Virus record (IMG/VR): IMGVR_UViG_3300032217_000462
Coordinates: 3,417 to 67,416 of that record
Length of the DNA: 64,000 nt
Direction: 5' to 3' (one strand)
From: a virus
Within the stretch, counting starts at the first letter, position 1; every line of letters starts with the position of its first letter. Below, piece by piece: positions 1 to 8,952 of this stretch. The notes under the pieces are model-generated. The model had not been told where the DNA came from. It saw only the letters and a list, made by a program, of their open reading frames with translations, and did not search any database. Both the position numbers and the translations under genes were made by a program.

Positions 1-2
1 TA

Positions 3-410
3 AAAGACTTAGAAGATACTACAAATAAATATTTGGTAGATCTAAGTGATGGAAGATTTCAAATTGGTTTCAAAATAAGTGCTAGCGACAAATTAAATGT
101 TGTTATTACTGATAATGGAAAAGATATTGAAATACTGGCTCTTAGTGGTGGCGAGAAAGCAAGAGTTAATGTAGCTACATTATTAGCTATTAGAAAACTA
201 ATGCAAACATTGTCCAGTTCTAGAATCAATCTATTAATACTGGATGAAACTGTAGAAACACTTGATACTGATGGTAAAGAAAAATTAGTAGAAGTATTAC
301 TACAAGAAGAACATTTAAATACTTTTTTAGTAAGTCATGGTTTTAGTCACCCATTACTAGAAAAAATTAATGTTGTTAAGCGTAATAACATATCCCAAAT
401 AGAGGTATAA
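3..410 (+). CDS. SbcC/Rad50-like recombination exonuclease subunit (T5 D13-like), 5'-truncated by the window edge
   Basis: Has the ABC signature LSGGE, Walker B LLILDE and H-loop VSH. The frame is open from position 3 with no upstream stop. Confidence 0.9.
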   Translation, partial: KDLEDTTNKYLVDLSDGRFQIGFKISASDKLNVVITDNGKDIEILALSGGEKARVNVATLLAIRKLMQTLSSSRINLLILDETVETLDTDGKEKLVEVLLQEEHLNTFLVSHGFSHPLLEKINVVKRNNISQIEV

Positions 411-411
411 C

Positions 412-693
412 ATGATTTTAGAAGAACTTGAAGGTAACGTAAAAGTTACTTTTGCTGGAAAAACACTATCCGTAGGTGATAGTGCCGATGATTATAGCAA
501 AGGCGTATTAGTAATTGGTACTGGTAAAGCCATTTTTAGGTTAGATCCTAGTGCTACATTTGAAGTCAAAGGCGTAGAAACTGTTGTTGAAGAAAAACCA
601 ACTACTGTACCCGTCTCTACACCAGTCCCTACACCAGCTCCTACACCAGCTCCTATACCAGCTCCTGTACCACAAGTGCCAATTGTTGAGTAA
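412..693 (+). CDS. Hypothetical protein with a Pro/Thr/Ala-rich C-terminus
   Basis: GAGG RBS upstream, a PTPAPTPAPIPAP tail, and a stop codon overlapping the next ATG. Confidence 0.75.
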   Translation: MILEELEGNVKVTFAGKTLSVGDSADDYSKGVLVIGTGKAIFRLDPSATFEVKGVETVVEEKPTTVPVSTPVPTPAPTPAPIPAPVPQVPIVE

Positions 694-1151
694 TGGCTGT
701 AGACCCTAGAGCCAAAGGTGCTAGAACAGAAACCACAGTACGTGATCTGTTAAAAAAGCATACTGGTTTACCCTGGGAAAGAGTACCTGGATCAGGTGCT
801 CTTGACCCTAAACATCAGCTTAAAGGCGATTTGTACGTTCCTGGGCGAACCAACCTTTGGTGTGTAGAAGTTAAAGGCTATGCGGAAGACCACCTTACTT
901 CACACTTACTAACATCCAAGACTCCGCAACTAGTAGAATTCTGGCAACAGACTACTCGTCAAGGCACACAAGTAGGCAAAAAACCATTATTGATTTTTAA
1001 ATTTGATCGCAGCAAAGTATTTGTTGCTTTTGATGAAATGCCTAATTCACAAAACTATCGTTGCCTCTACTACAACCACGAAGACCACGAATTCTATGCA
1101 GCACTGCTAGAAGATTGGTTAAAGTGGGAGCAACCAGTATTTGTAACTTGA
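693..1151 (+). CDS. Holliday junction resolvase-like endonuclease (T5 D14-like)
   Basis: KGARTE...RVPGSGA...GDL...VEVK PD-(D/E)XK pattern, located between the D13- and D15-like genes. Confidence 0.85.
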   Translation: MAVDPRAKGARTETTVRDLLKKHTGLPWERVPGSGALDPKHQLKGDLYVPGRTNLWCVEVKGYAEDHLTSHLLTSKTPQLVEFWQQTTRQGTQVGKKPLLIFKFDRSKVFVAFDEMPNSQNYRCLYYNHEDHEFYAALLEDWLKWEQPVFVT

Positions 1152-1176
1152 CAAAACAGCACAGCAGTGGTATAAT
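1148..1176 (+). promoter_or_regulatory. Sigma70 promoter, perfect consensus
   Basis: TTGACA (1148-1153), 17-bp spacer, TATAAT (1171-1176), with an extended -10 TG. Confidence 0.9.
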
Positions 1177-1198
1177 AACAGATTAACACACAAATAAT

Positions 1199-2044
1199 AT
1201 GTCAAAAACATTTTCAAAAATTACCGAAACAAACAATACTCTGCTTGTTGTTGACTCACTTAATCTTGCATTTCGCTATAAACATAGCGGTGCTACAGAT
1301 TTTGCTGAAGACTACTTACGCACAGTTCAAAGTCTTAAAAAATCATATAAAGCATCTCATGTGATTATTGCTGGCGATCAAGGCTCATCAAGCTATCGCA
1401 AAGCTATTTATCCTGAGTACAAACAAAATCGTAAAGATAAATTCGAGAATCAAACAGACGCTGAAAAAGCAGCGTTTGAATTGTTTTTTGAGGACTTTAC
1501 AAAAACACTAGAACATATTGCTGACAATACCGATTTTCCAGTTTTACGCTTTCAAGGTGTTGAGGCTGACGATATTGCAGCATATATTGTATCAAAAAAA
1601 TCAAAACTTCCCATTGACGATATTTGGCTGGTTAGCTCAGATAAAGATTGGGATTTATTAGTTCAACCTAACGTATCAAGGTTCAGTTATGTTACTCGTA
1701 AAGAAGTTACAGTCGATAATTGGAATGACCACTATGACTTTAATCCAGAAAACTACATTAGTATTAAATGTCTTACAGGTGACAGTGGTGATAATGTTGC
1801 TGGGGTGCCTGGTATTGGACCTAAGCGAGCCGTGGGATTGGTTAATGAATATGGCAGTACTTACGATATTATTGCGAGCATCCCTATTAGTGGTAGATAT
1901 AAATACATCCAAGCACTAAATGAATGTAAAGATCAACTAGAATTGAACTATAAATTAATGGATTTAGTTACCTTTTGCGAAGATGCAATTGGTACTGAAA
2001 ATTGTAAACAAATTGACGAAACCTTAGAGTTATATTTAAAATGA
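1199..2044 (+). CDS. 5'-3' exonuclease / flap endonuclease (T5 D15-like)
   Basis: Motifs VVDSLN, YKQNR, EADD, SSDKD and GDSGDNVAGVPGIGPKRA (helix-3-turn-helix). Confidence 0.95.
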   Translation: MSKTFSKITETNNTLLVVDSLNLAFRYKHSGATDFAEDYLRTVQSLKKSYKASHVIIAGDQGSSSYRKAIYPEYKQNRKDKFENQTDAEKAAFELFFEDFTKTLEHIADNTDFPVLRFQGVEADDIAAYIVSKKSKLPIDDIWLVSSDKDWDLLVQPNVSRFSYVTRKEVTVDNWNDHYDFNPENYISIKCLTGDSGDNVAGVPGIGPKRAVGLVNEYGSTYDIIASIPISGRYKYIQALNECKDQLELNYKLMDLVTFCEDAIGTENCKQIDETLELYLK

Positions 2045-2514
2045 ACGGAACAACTATTTCAACTATTGGATATAATCCAAGTACCATGACTTATAGTAAT
2101 GTATTAGAATGTCAGCTAAAGCCAGGAGCTCAACTTCCTGAGCGTGCTCATCCAACAGATGCTGGAGCAGATTTAATGAGCAACGAAGATTTGGAAATTT
2201 ATCCAAATGAGCAAAAACTTGTTGATACGGGTATAGCAATTAAAATTCCACAAGGCTTTGCAGGCTTTGTGTATAATAGAAGCTCTCAAGGAAAAAAAGG
2301 AATTACTATCCCTCACAGCGTAGGCGTGATTGATAGTGGTTATCGTGACACAATTAAAGTTTTGTTAAAAAATATCGGTGATGACCCTTATAAAATTACG
2401 GCTGGTGATAGAATTGCCCAGTTGGTTATTCAGAAGGTTGAACTAGTACAGTTTAAAGATATTTGGAACGACTCTACCCGAGGCACAGGAGGCTTCGGTT
2501 CAACAGGAACATAA
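2041..2514 (+). CDS. dut: Trimeric dUTPase
   Basis: All five dUTPase motifs: AGADL, RSSQG, GVIDSGYR, RIAQL and RGTGGFGSTG. Confidence 0.97.
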   Translation: MNGTTISTIGYNPSTMTYSNVLECQLKPGAQLPERAHPTDAGADLMSNEDLEIYPNEQKLVDTGIAIKIPQGFAGFVYNRSSQGKKGITIPHSVGVIDSGYRDTIKVLLKNIGDDPYKITAGDRIAQLVIQKVELVQFKDIWNDSTRGTGGFGSTGT

Positions 2515-2521
2515 GGAAATC

Positions 2522-4486
2522 ATGCAGGTAAGCACAAGAGCACAAGTAATTACACGTCGTACATATAATCGCCCCACATCAGACGACGGAAAACAATTTG
2601 AAACGTGGCAAGAAACAGTTGCACGAGTTATCGATCACCAAGAATGGTTGTGGCAACGTGCCGCAAAACGTGAATTAACAGATGTAGAATATTCAGAACT
2701 TTACGATCTTGAACAACTGATGCTGGATCGCAAAGTAGCTATGAGTGGTCGTACATTGTGGCTTGGTGGTACAGATGTAGCTAAAACTCGGGAAGCTAGT
2801 CAATTTAACTGCAGTTTTACTCATGTAGAAACTGTATACGATGTAGTAGATTGTTTATGGCTTTTGCTGCAAGGATGCGGAGTAGGATTTAAACCAATTG
2901 TTGGTACATTGAATGGGTTTTCAAAACCTATTAAAAATATCCGTGTAGTTCGTAGTACTCGTACAGCTAAAGGCGGATTGGAGCATAATGTTGAAACATT
3001 TGATCAAGAAACTAAAACATGGACTATTCAGGTTGGTGACTCGGCTGAAGCTTGGGCAAAATCCATCGGTAAGCTTATTGCTGGTAAGTACGCTGCTGAT
3101 ACTCTCGTACTCGACTTTAGTCAGCTCCGCCCTGCTGGGGAGAGGTTAAAAGGATATGGATGGATTTCAAGTGGAGATAGCGCTATATCAACTGCATATG
3201 TGGCTATTGCAAACATCCTCAATGGGCGTGCTGATAGCTTGCTTACTAGGATGGATATTCTTGACATTGTTAATCATCTCGGTACAATTCTTAGTAGCCG
3301 TCGGAGTGCAGAAATTGCACTATTTGATTACGGACAACCAGAGTGGGAAGAATTTGCTGTAGCAAAGAAAGATTGGTGGTTGTATAATAACTCACACCGC
3401 CAACAATCGAATAATAGTTTAGTATTTAAAGAGAAGCCATTAAAAGCTGATTTGCAAAAGATTTTTGATCTGATGTTAGAAGCAGGCGGCTCAGAACCTG
3501 GATTTATCAATGAAGTTGAAGCTTTACGACGTGCCCCTTGGTTTAAGGGTGCAAATCCCTGTGTGGAAATCCTACTCGGAAATAAATCTTTCTGTAATCT
3601 CACAGAAACCGACATTGCCAAATTCAAAGGCGATACCGCGGGACTTCACAATGCCATACGGCTGGCAGCTCGTGCAAACTATCGTCAAACCTGTGTAAAC
3701 TTACAAGACGGTATTTTACAAGAGTCGTGGCACTTAAATAACTACTTTATGCGTTTATGCGGAGTTGGTTTAACAGGTATTGCTAAGCGGCCTGATATGA
3801 ATGGTTACGACTATGAGTATTTAAAGCGTACTGCTACTGGTGCTGCTATTGGTATGGCTCAAGAACTAGACCTGCCGTCGCCCAAAAATATTACTTGTGT
3901 TAAACCTTCAGGAACACTATCCAAGATTATGGATACCACAGAAGGAATTCACAAGCCACTAGGAAAGTATATTTTCAATAATGTACAATTTAGTAAATTT
4001 GACCCTGTTGTTGAAGTATTGCGCAATGCTAATTATAACGTTGTTAACCACCCCACTGATGATAGCGGTGTACTTATTACATTTCCTGTTGAGTGGATTG
4101 ATGTGCCTTTCATTAAAGTTGACGGCAAAGAAGTCAACTTGGACACAGCCGTCGAACAACTTGAAAAATACAAGTTAATTCAAACTTCGTGGACTCAGCA
4201 AAATACTAGTGTAACAATTAGTTATGATCCTACAGAAGTTCCTGCAATCATTGATTGGTTGCTGGACAATTGGGATTGTTATGTTGGTGTTAGTTTCATC
4301 TACAGAACAGACCCTACTAAAACAGCAAAAGATTTGGGATATTTATACTTACCACAAGAAGTAGTAGATGAGCAAACTTTCCGCAATTATGTACAACAAT
4401 TAACGCCAGTAAGCCTAGAAAATGCCAATAGTTTTGATGAAATTATGGGTGAAGATTGCGCTACTGGTGCTTGTCCAATAAGGTAA
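2522..4486 (+). CDS. nrdJ: Class II (adenosylcobalamin-dependent) ribonucleotide reductase, monomeric RTPR-like
   Basis: Motifs FNC, NPCVEI, FCNL, TCVKPSGT and a C-terminal CATGACPIR. No small-subunit gene lies next to it. Confidence 0.9.
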   Translation: MQVSTRAQVITRRTYNRPTSDDGKQFETWQETVARVIDHQEWLWQRAAKRELTDVEYSELYDLEQLMLDRKVAMSGRTLWLGGTDVAKTREASQFNCSFTHVETVYDVVDCLWLLLQGCGVGFKPIVGTLNGFSKPIKNIRVVRSTRTAKGGLEHNVETFDQETKTWTIQVGDSAEAWAKSIGKLIAGKYAADTLVLDFSQLRPAGERLKGYGWISSGDSAISTAYVAIANILNGRADSLLTRMDILDIVNHLGTILSSRRSAEIALFDYGQPEWEEFAVAKKDWWLYNNSHRQQSNNSLVFKEKPLKADLQKIFDLMLEAGGSEPGFINEVEALRRAPWFKGANPCVEILLGNKSFCNLTETDIAKFKGDTAGLHNAIRLAARANYRQTCVNLQDGILQESWHLNNYFMRLCGVGLTGIAKRPDMNGYDYEYLKRTATGAAIGMAQELDLPSPKNITCVKPSGTLSKIMDTTEGIHKPLGKYIFNNVQFSKFDPVVEVLRNANYNVVNHPTDDSGVLITFPVEWIDVPFIKVDGKEVNLDTAVEQLEKYKLIQTSWTQQNTSVTISYDPTEVPAIIDWLLDNWDCYVGVSFIYRTDPTKTAKDLGYLYLPQEVVDEQTFRNYVQQLTPVSLENANSFDEIMGEDCATGACPIR

Positions 4487-4488
4487 AT

Positions 4489-4659
4489 ATGGAAGTAACT
4501 AAAGACACAGTACTAAAACTTGAATTAACTATTGAAGAAACTAATCATGTTTTAGCTGGGCTTCAAGAATTGTCCGCTAAAATTTGTAACCCAATTACGG
4601 TTAAAATTCAAAAGCAGGCAAGTGAACAGTTGCCCAAAGCAGAAGCTCCTAAAGAGTAA
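4489..4659 (+). CDS. Small hypothetical protein (56 aa)
   Basis: ATG at 4489 follows AAGGT, and the ORF ends just before the terminator. Confidence 0.7.
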   Translation: MEVTKDTVLKLELTIEETNHVLAGLQELSAKICNPITVKIQKQASEQLPKAEAPKE

Positions 4660-4661
4660 GT

Positions 4662-4700
4662 AAAAAAGCCCCTAAGTATTGCTACTTAGGGGCTTTTTTT
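4662..4700. terminator. Bidirectional rho-independent terminator
   Basis: AAAAAAGCCCCTAAGTA-TTGC-TACTTAGGGGCTTTTTT lies between the convergent gene blocks. Confidence 0.92.
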
Positions 4701-5063
4701 TTATTTACGAAGTTTTAAAATATCATGTACAAGTAGTGCGCGTGCTGCCATAATAGAGTCTCGTTTTTCACGACTCCAACTAAAGCCACCATCACCGCCC
4801 CACATATCCCAAGCAACTCGACCTTTTGACGGAAAACCTTCTTCTCCGCTATTAAAACCAGTTGCTTGCTTATCAACTTCATGACGGCTAAAGAATGAAA
4901 ACATTCGTAGTACAGTAGAAGCCGATAAATTTTCACGATTTTTTAGTTGATTTGCTCGTGCTAAACCCACTAATGTACCGCCTGGTTTACCTTCTTCGTG
5001 CCATTTTAGTGCGCGATTAGCTGCACTTGCCATACCCTCTGTAGGTTTATACATTTCTGCCAT
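4701..5063 (-). CDS. Conserved phage protein of unknown function
   Basis: PTEGM...GGTLVGLARANQL...RMFSFFSRHE...AWDMWGGD pattern, recalled from other phage proteins. Confidence 0.75.
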   Translation of the reverse strand: MAEMYKPTEGMASAANRALKWHEEGKPGGTLVGLARANQLKNRENLSASTVLRMFSFFSRHEVDKQATGFNSGEEGFPSKGRVAWDMWGGDGGFSWSREKRDSIMAARALLVHDILKLRK

Positions 5064-5066
5064 AAT

Positions 5067-5753
5067 TTAATCTCTATAAGCTAAAATAATTTGTTTACAC
5101 ATTTTAGATCGGACAATATCATCATCCATAAATCGGACAACTTCAATGTCTGGGATACAGTCTAATCGCTGAATTGCGTCTGATAGTCCTGAGTCAGGAA
5201 TATCACTCTGATCTACATCGCCACTAATAATCATTTTACAGTTTTTACCAACGCGTGATAGCAGCATTTTCATTTCTTCTTTAGTAGCATTTTGTGCTTC
5301 ATCTAAAAGAACAATGCAATTATCAAATGTTGCACCTCGCATAAAACCTAGTGGTTTAGGCTCAATAGTTTTTGCTTTTAGTGCATATTCGTAAAAACCT
5401 TTTCCAAGGCTACGAATAAATACATTATCAAAAGGCTCTAAATAAGGAGCATATTTCTCCTCTAGTGTACCTGGTAAAAATCCTAGCCCACGTCCTGTTT
5501 CTACGTTAGGTCTAGTCAGAATTATCTTCTGAATACGTCTATGAAAGAGTTCTCCCGCAGCATATGTTGCTGCTACATACGTTTTACCTGTTCCAGCACT
5601 TCCTACCCCAAATACTATTTGATTAGATTGAATTGCTCTTAGGTATTCTGCTTGTATAAAGTTTAGGGGTTTTACATCAGTAAATCCATACTCTACTGGG
5701 TTACGTTCCAATTGAATTACATTGTCGCGTCTTGCTCTTTTACCACTTGCCAT
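5067..5753 (-). CDS. phoH: PhoH-like ATPase
   Basis: Motifs GSAGTGKT, LTRP, LGFLPG, FMRGATF, DEAQN and GDxxQSD. Confidence 0.95.
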   Translation of the reverse strand: MASGKRARRDNVIQLERNPVEYGFTDVKPLNFIQAEYLRAIQSNQIVFGVGSAGTGKTYVAATYAAGELFHRRIQKIILTRPNVETGRGLGFLPGTLEEKYAPYLEPFDNVFIRSLGKGFYEYALKAKTIEPKPLGFMRGATFDNCIVLLDEAQNATKEEMKMLLSRVGKNCKMIISGDVDQSDIPDSGLSDAIQRLDCIPDIEVVRFMDDDIVRSKMCKQIILAYRD

Positions 5754-5795
5754 AAACTTCCTTGTAAGGTTGATAAAATTGATCTGCCTATTTAT

Positions 5796-5824
5796 ATTAT
5801 AGCAGACCTAGGTTTGCTTGTCAA
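5796..5824 (-). promoter_or_regulatory. Sigma70 promoter for phoH, perfect consensus
   Basis: Minus strand reads TTGACA, 17-bp spacer, TATAAT, with an extended -10 TG. Confidence 0.9.
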
Positions 5825-5832
5825 ATATAAAT

Positions 5833-6042
5833 TTACTTCTTCTTGGCGTCTTCAACTTTAGTACCTTCAAGTTTTTGGTGCACTTTAATAGTTTTGCACT
5901 CTTCTTGAGGTTTACCTGCTTTGTCTAGTACAACTTTGCCTGCTTTATCTGTTTTTTCTTTGCAGACTTTTTTGGTTTCTGCTTCTGCATATGCAGAAAC
6001 AAGTGCAAAACTAGCAACAACGGCTACAATAAGTTTTTTCAT
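5833..6042 (-). CDS. Small secreted Lys-rich protein
   Basis: Signal peptide MKKLIVAVVASFALVSAYA and two Cys residues. Confidence 0.8.
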   Translation of the reverse strand: MKKLIVAVVASFALVSAYAEAETKKVCKEKTDKAGKVVLDKAGKPQEECKTIKVHQKLEGTKVEDAKKK

Positions 6043-6257
6043 TTATTTTCCTTAGTTGGCGCAAACTTTTCGCTTGCTGTAAATCCTAAACCTACAATTA
6101 CAATATACATCATAGAATCAAATAATTTTTGATCTATTTGGTGACCAAGTATCATGGCTATAAAAGCAGCAGCACATAGTAAAAATGCTAAAAAAGTAAT
6201 TACTCGCTTACTACTAACAGTTGGGTCTTGTGATAACATACACTTTAAGTGGTTCAT
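6039..6257 (-). CDS. Two-TM membrane protein, holin candidate
   Basis: SSKR followed by two hydrophobic helices and a charged C-terminus, downstream of the endolysin. Confidence 0.6.
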   Translation of the reverse strand: MNHLKCMLSQDPTVSSKRVITFLAFLLCAAAFIAMILGHQIDQKLFDSMMYIVIVGLGFTASEKFAPTKENK

Positions 6258-6713
6258 TTAAATCTCTGGATGAGGTGCTTGTTGCGGTGCTGGTTTGCCA
6301 TTAATATAAATAATGTTAGTACTCGGAGCACTGGTTCCATTAAAGCCTTGAGTAGTAGAAAAACCTGGATTAAATGTAGGTTCTATTTTTACTGGATTAG
6401 CTTTAGCATAAGTATTTGAATTTTCTTGTGCTTGCTTAATCATGTCGCGTTTCATGTCCATTTCTTCTTTGCTACCACCAGCTAACATAATTCCTGACAG
6501 CGTACCTGTTAAGAACGTAGCAATTGGAATAATCATTTCAAAAAACTTTTGATCAATAGGACTAATAGCATTTAATGGCTGGGTAATAAAAATAATTGAG
6601 TATAAAACTACAAACACAATTCCAGTTAGTGTAAGCGCAAGACAAATCCCAATAAAGAATTTTAGGCGCGCCATGAGCTGATCTTCAGTATAGATAATTG
6701 TGTTACTTTCCAC
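6258..6713 (-). CDS. Two-TM membrane protein
   Basis: Likely GTG start at 6713 with an AAGGAG RBS at 6720-6725; two long hydrophobic segments. Confidence 0.75.
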   Translation of the reverse strand: MESNTIIYTEDQLMARLKFFIGICLALTLTGIVFVVLYSIIFITQPLNAISPIDQKFFEMIIPIATFLTGTLSGIMLAGGSKEEMDMKRDMIKQAQENSNTYAKANPVKIEPTFNPGFSTTQGFNGTSAPSTNIIYINGKPAPQQAPHPEI

Positions 6714-7008
6714 AGTTAGCTCCTTGTGTTTGTTGTGCCACACAAGCACCTGTTGGTGCAAATGATTGATTATTTGTTTGATTTTGTCCATCTTTGAGAG
6801 GTCCTAGTCTTGGATCACGTTGGCCTTTAAAAATATGTTCTGGGCAAGTTCGGTTAACGTCACAGATTGGTACTTTACAGAAATCTTTGTCCCAGTTTGC
6901 GGGATCTTGGCATGGATAACGATAGCTATCTTTACCACAAAATGCCAAAGCTACTGGTATTAATAGCAAAGCTATTGCCCACTTAAATAGTTTTATATCA
7001 TTGTGCAT
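6703..7008 (-). CDS. Cys-rich exported or lipoprotein-like protein
   Basis: Hydrophobic N-terminus ending in LAFC, followed by YRYPCQDPANW...C..PIC....TC. Confidence 0.75.
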   Translation of the reverse strand: MHNDIKLFKWAIALLLIPVALAFCGKDSYRYPCQDPANWDKDFCKVPICDVNRTCPEHIFKGQRDPRLGPLKDGQNQTNNQSFAPTGACVAQQTQGANCGK

Positions 7009-7058
7009 TTACTTGCCTGCTTGTTTCTGCAATTGACGAATTTTTTCTTCAGCCATGA

Positions 7059-7436
7059 TTACTTCTTCCCACCATTGCTGGATTGTTTCTCTTTGAATTT
7101 TTCCAACTCTTGCACACGCCATACCAGGGTGTCAAGGATTGCTTTGTTGGCACTGCTTCTTGCCATGGCTTCTTGATTGCCCTGCATGAAGTCTTGGCGT
7201 AGTTTTTCACGAGCCAGTTCAGCACCCATGTTTGGTGCTTGTTTGTTGTCTGATGTCACTACCAACTGCATTTTGCTTTCGAGAATGGTCAAGTTATGAT
7301 TAACAGCACTCAGTGCGTTCATCAAGTATACCACACAGGCAAACATGATGGGCAGCACAGCAAATGTCACCTTTTCGATCAGTGCGCCTTTGCTGGCGTT
7401 GGCACTCATCTGCTCCTTCATTTGTTCTAATTCCAT
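7059..7436 (-). CDS. Single-TM coiled-coil protein
   Basis: GGAG RBS before ATG 7436; TM segment VTFAVLPIMFACVVYLM followed by a helical tail. Confidence 0.75.
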   Translation of the reverse strand: MELEQMKEQMSANASKGALIEKVTFAVLPIMFACVVYLMNALSAVNHNLTILESKMQLVVTSDNKQAPNMGAELAREKLRQDFMQGNQEAMARSSANKAILDTLVWRVQELEKFKEKQSSNGGKK

Positions 7437-7452
7437 TTTATTCTCCAAAAAA

Positions 7453-7566
7453 TTAATGTCGGTCTTTTAACCAATCTTTAAACATTACCCAAAATACCAT
7501 TAGTAAAGGAATTGTACACAAAAAGAATATTAAATCATTTGTTGTAACTACTATATTAAAATACAT
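7453..7566 (-). CDS. Small membrane peptide (37 aa), absent from the ORF track
   Basis: Translates to MYFNIVVTTNDLIFFLCTIPLLMVFWVMFKDWLKDRH, has GGAGGA upstream and fills the intergenic gap. Confidence 0.65.
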   Translation of the reverse strand: MYFNIVVTTNDLIFFLCTIPLLMVFWVMFKDWLKDRH

Positions 7567-7569
7567 AGG

Positions 7570-8187
7570 CTATCCTCCGCCAATTGCTTTGTCTCGGGCT
7601 TCACGCTCTCGAAGTTCACGCTCTTTATGCTGACGCCGTATTAAAGCTGCTCTTTCTGCAACTTTCTTTTCGTATATTTTTTGTTCTTCTATTGCACCAT
7701 AGACGCCAATACCACCCATAACAAAGCAAAATACAACAATTGCAAAAGCACCAAAATACATAGCAAACATAAGTTGATCTGCCATTTTTTTCTTGCGTGC
7801 TAACACACGTTTTTCTTCTTCTAATTCTGCCTCTGCACGTTCTTTAAATAAACGTACACGTTCTTTAGTCATACGCTCCCAGACTTCAGGTTTACCTAAA
7901 GTCCATACAATCATGTCTTTTAATTCACGTTCTGCTTGTCGCAATGCATCGCTATGCATAGCAATTTCAAGAGCTTCTTTGCCTAATTCTGCATCAGTTT
8001 TGCCTAGCCTGCTGGCTTTAGATTTTACCTTTGATCGTTCACGATGAATTGCGTCAGAAGCTTCAAAAAATTTACTAAATTGACCTACAAGACCATTAAC
8101 ATCTTTGCCAAGTGCAACTGCTTGTTTAATATAACCAACAGCTTGTTGTGCAGCTGAAAAGGCAAGTCCAATAGTAATAGGATCCAT
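7570..8187 (-). CDS. Helical membrane-anchored hypothetical protein
   Basis: MDPITI start, coiled-coil segments and one TM segment near the C-terminus. Confidence 0.8.
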   Translation of the reverse strand: MDPITIGLAFSAAQQAVGYIKQAVALGKDVNGLVGQFSKFFEASDAIHRERSKVKSKASRLGKTDAELGKEALEIAMHSDALRQAERELKDMIVWTLGKPEVWERMTKERVRLFKERAEAELEEEKRVLARKKKMADQLMFAMYFGAFAIVVFCFVMGGIGVYGAIEEQKIYEKKVAERAALIRRQHKERELREREARDKAIGGG

Positions 8188-8190
8188 AGC

Positions 8191-8337
8191 TTACTTTCTA
8201 TCATCTAATTTTTTCCATTCAAGACAATATACCTTTCTGTTGTAAACATCGCCAGTCCATGTCCACTTTACGCAAGTGTATTTAGCAGGAGTAGGAGAAG
8301 TTAATTGTAGCGCAACAAAAAGGATAAAAGCAGTCAT
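8191..8337 (-). CDS. Small exported protein (48 aa), absent from the ORF track
   Basis: Translates to MTAFILFVALQLTSPTPAKYTCVKWTWTGDVYNRKVYCLEWKKLDDRK and abuts the endolysin stop codon. Confidence 0.7.
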   Translation of the reverse strand: MTAFILFVALQLTSPTPAKYTCVKWTWTGDVYNRKVYCLEWKKLDDRK

Positions 8338-8952
8338 TTAAGCCCCTAGTACATGCTTTGCATGCTCATAATGTTTTTTACGATCTTCTAATCCTATAGT
8401 ACCACCATTGATACGTTTTGTTAATGTCAGTATGTCGTCTTTGTCGGCCCACTGATTTAAATTGTTTGTTTCCCAGAACCAGCATGCGCTTTGGGCTGCT
8501 CCTTCAAAAGTTTCCATATATTCGGATACTTCTTCGGGCGAAATTTCTAGTGAGCTAGCAAACCAAAAGTAGTTATCTTTGCCAGTTAATTGAATAAGAC
8601 CGCGACCACAGTAACGATAACCGTCTCCAGACTCTTCAGGACCATTGCCCATTCTGTTAGCATATACTTTATTTGCGATTGCTTGTGGTTTATTTGCAAA
8701 TTGAGCTGCCATTTCGTCCGTGGGAAAATATTTAGGAAAAATTTTGCGAAGAGTAACTGCACGATAATTTAAGTTTTCCTTGATTGCTCTGAACCCGCCT
8801 GATTCATGCGCACATTGCGCTAAAAAAGCTGCCATGCGTTGTGGGGTATTAATTTCATACTCTGGTAATAGTTGAACTAATGCACGATGCCAGTATTCTA
8901 TATAAGGATTATTTTCAACAATCTGCTTTAGTTGTTCAATTTTTAATTCCAT
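8338..8952 (-). CDS. Endolysin, glycoside hydrolase family 19
   Basis: Motifs FLAQCAHESGGF, ENLNY, GRGLIQLTGKDNY, SACWFW and RINGG. Confidence 0.93.
   Translation of the reverse strand: MELKIEQLKQIVENNPYIEYWHRALVQLLPEYEINTPQRMAAFLAQCAHESGGFRAIKENLNYRAVTLRKIFPKYFPTDEMAAQFANKPQAIANKVYANRMGNGPEESGDGYRYCGRGLIQLTGKDNYFWFASSLEISPEEVSEYMETFEGAAQSACWFWETNNLNQWADKDDILTLTKRINGGTIGLEDRKKHYEHAKHVLGA

Noticed and set aside
5754-5832. Pho box upstream of phoH
   Set aside because: No CTGTCAT-type direct repeat is visible, only a consensus sigma70 promoter.
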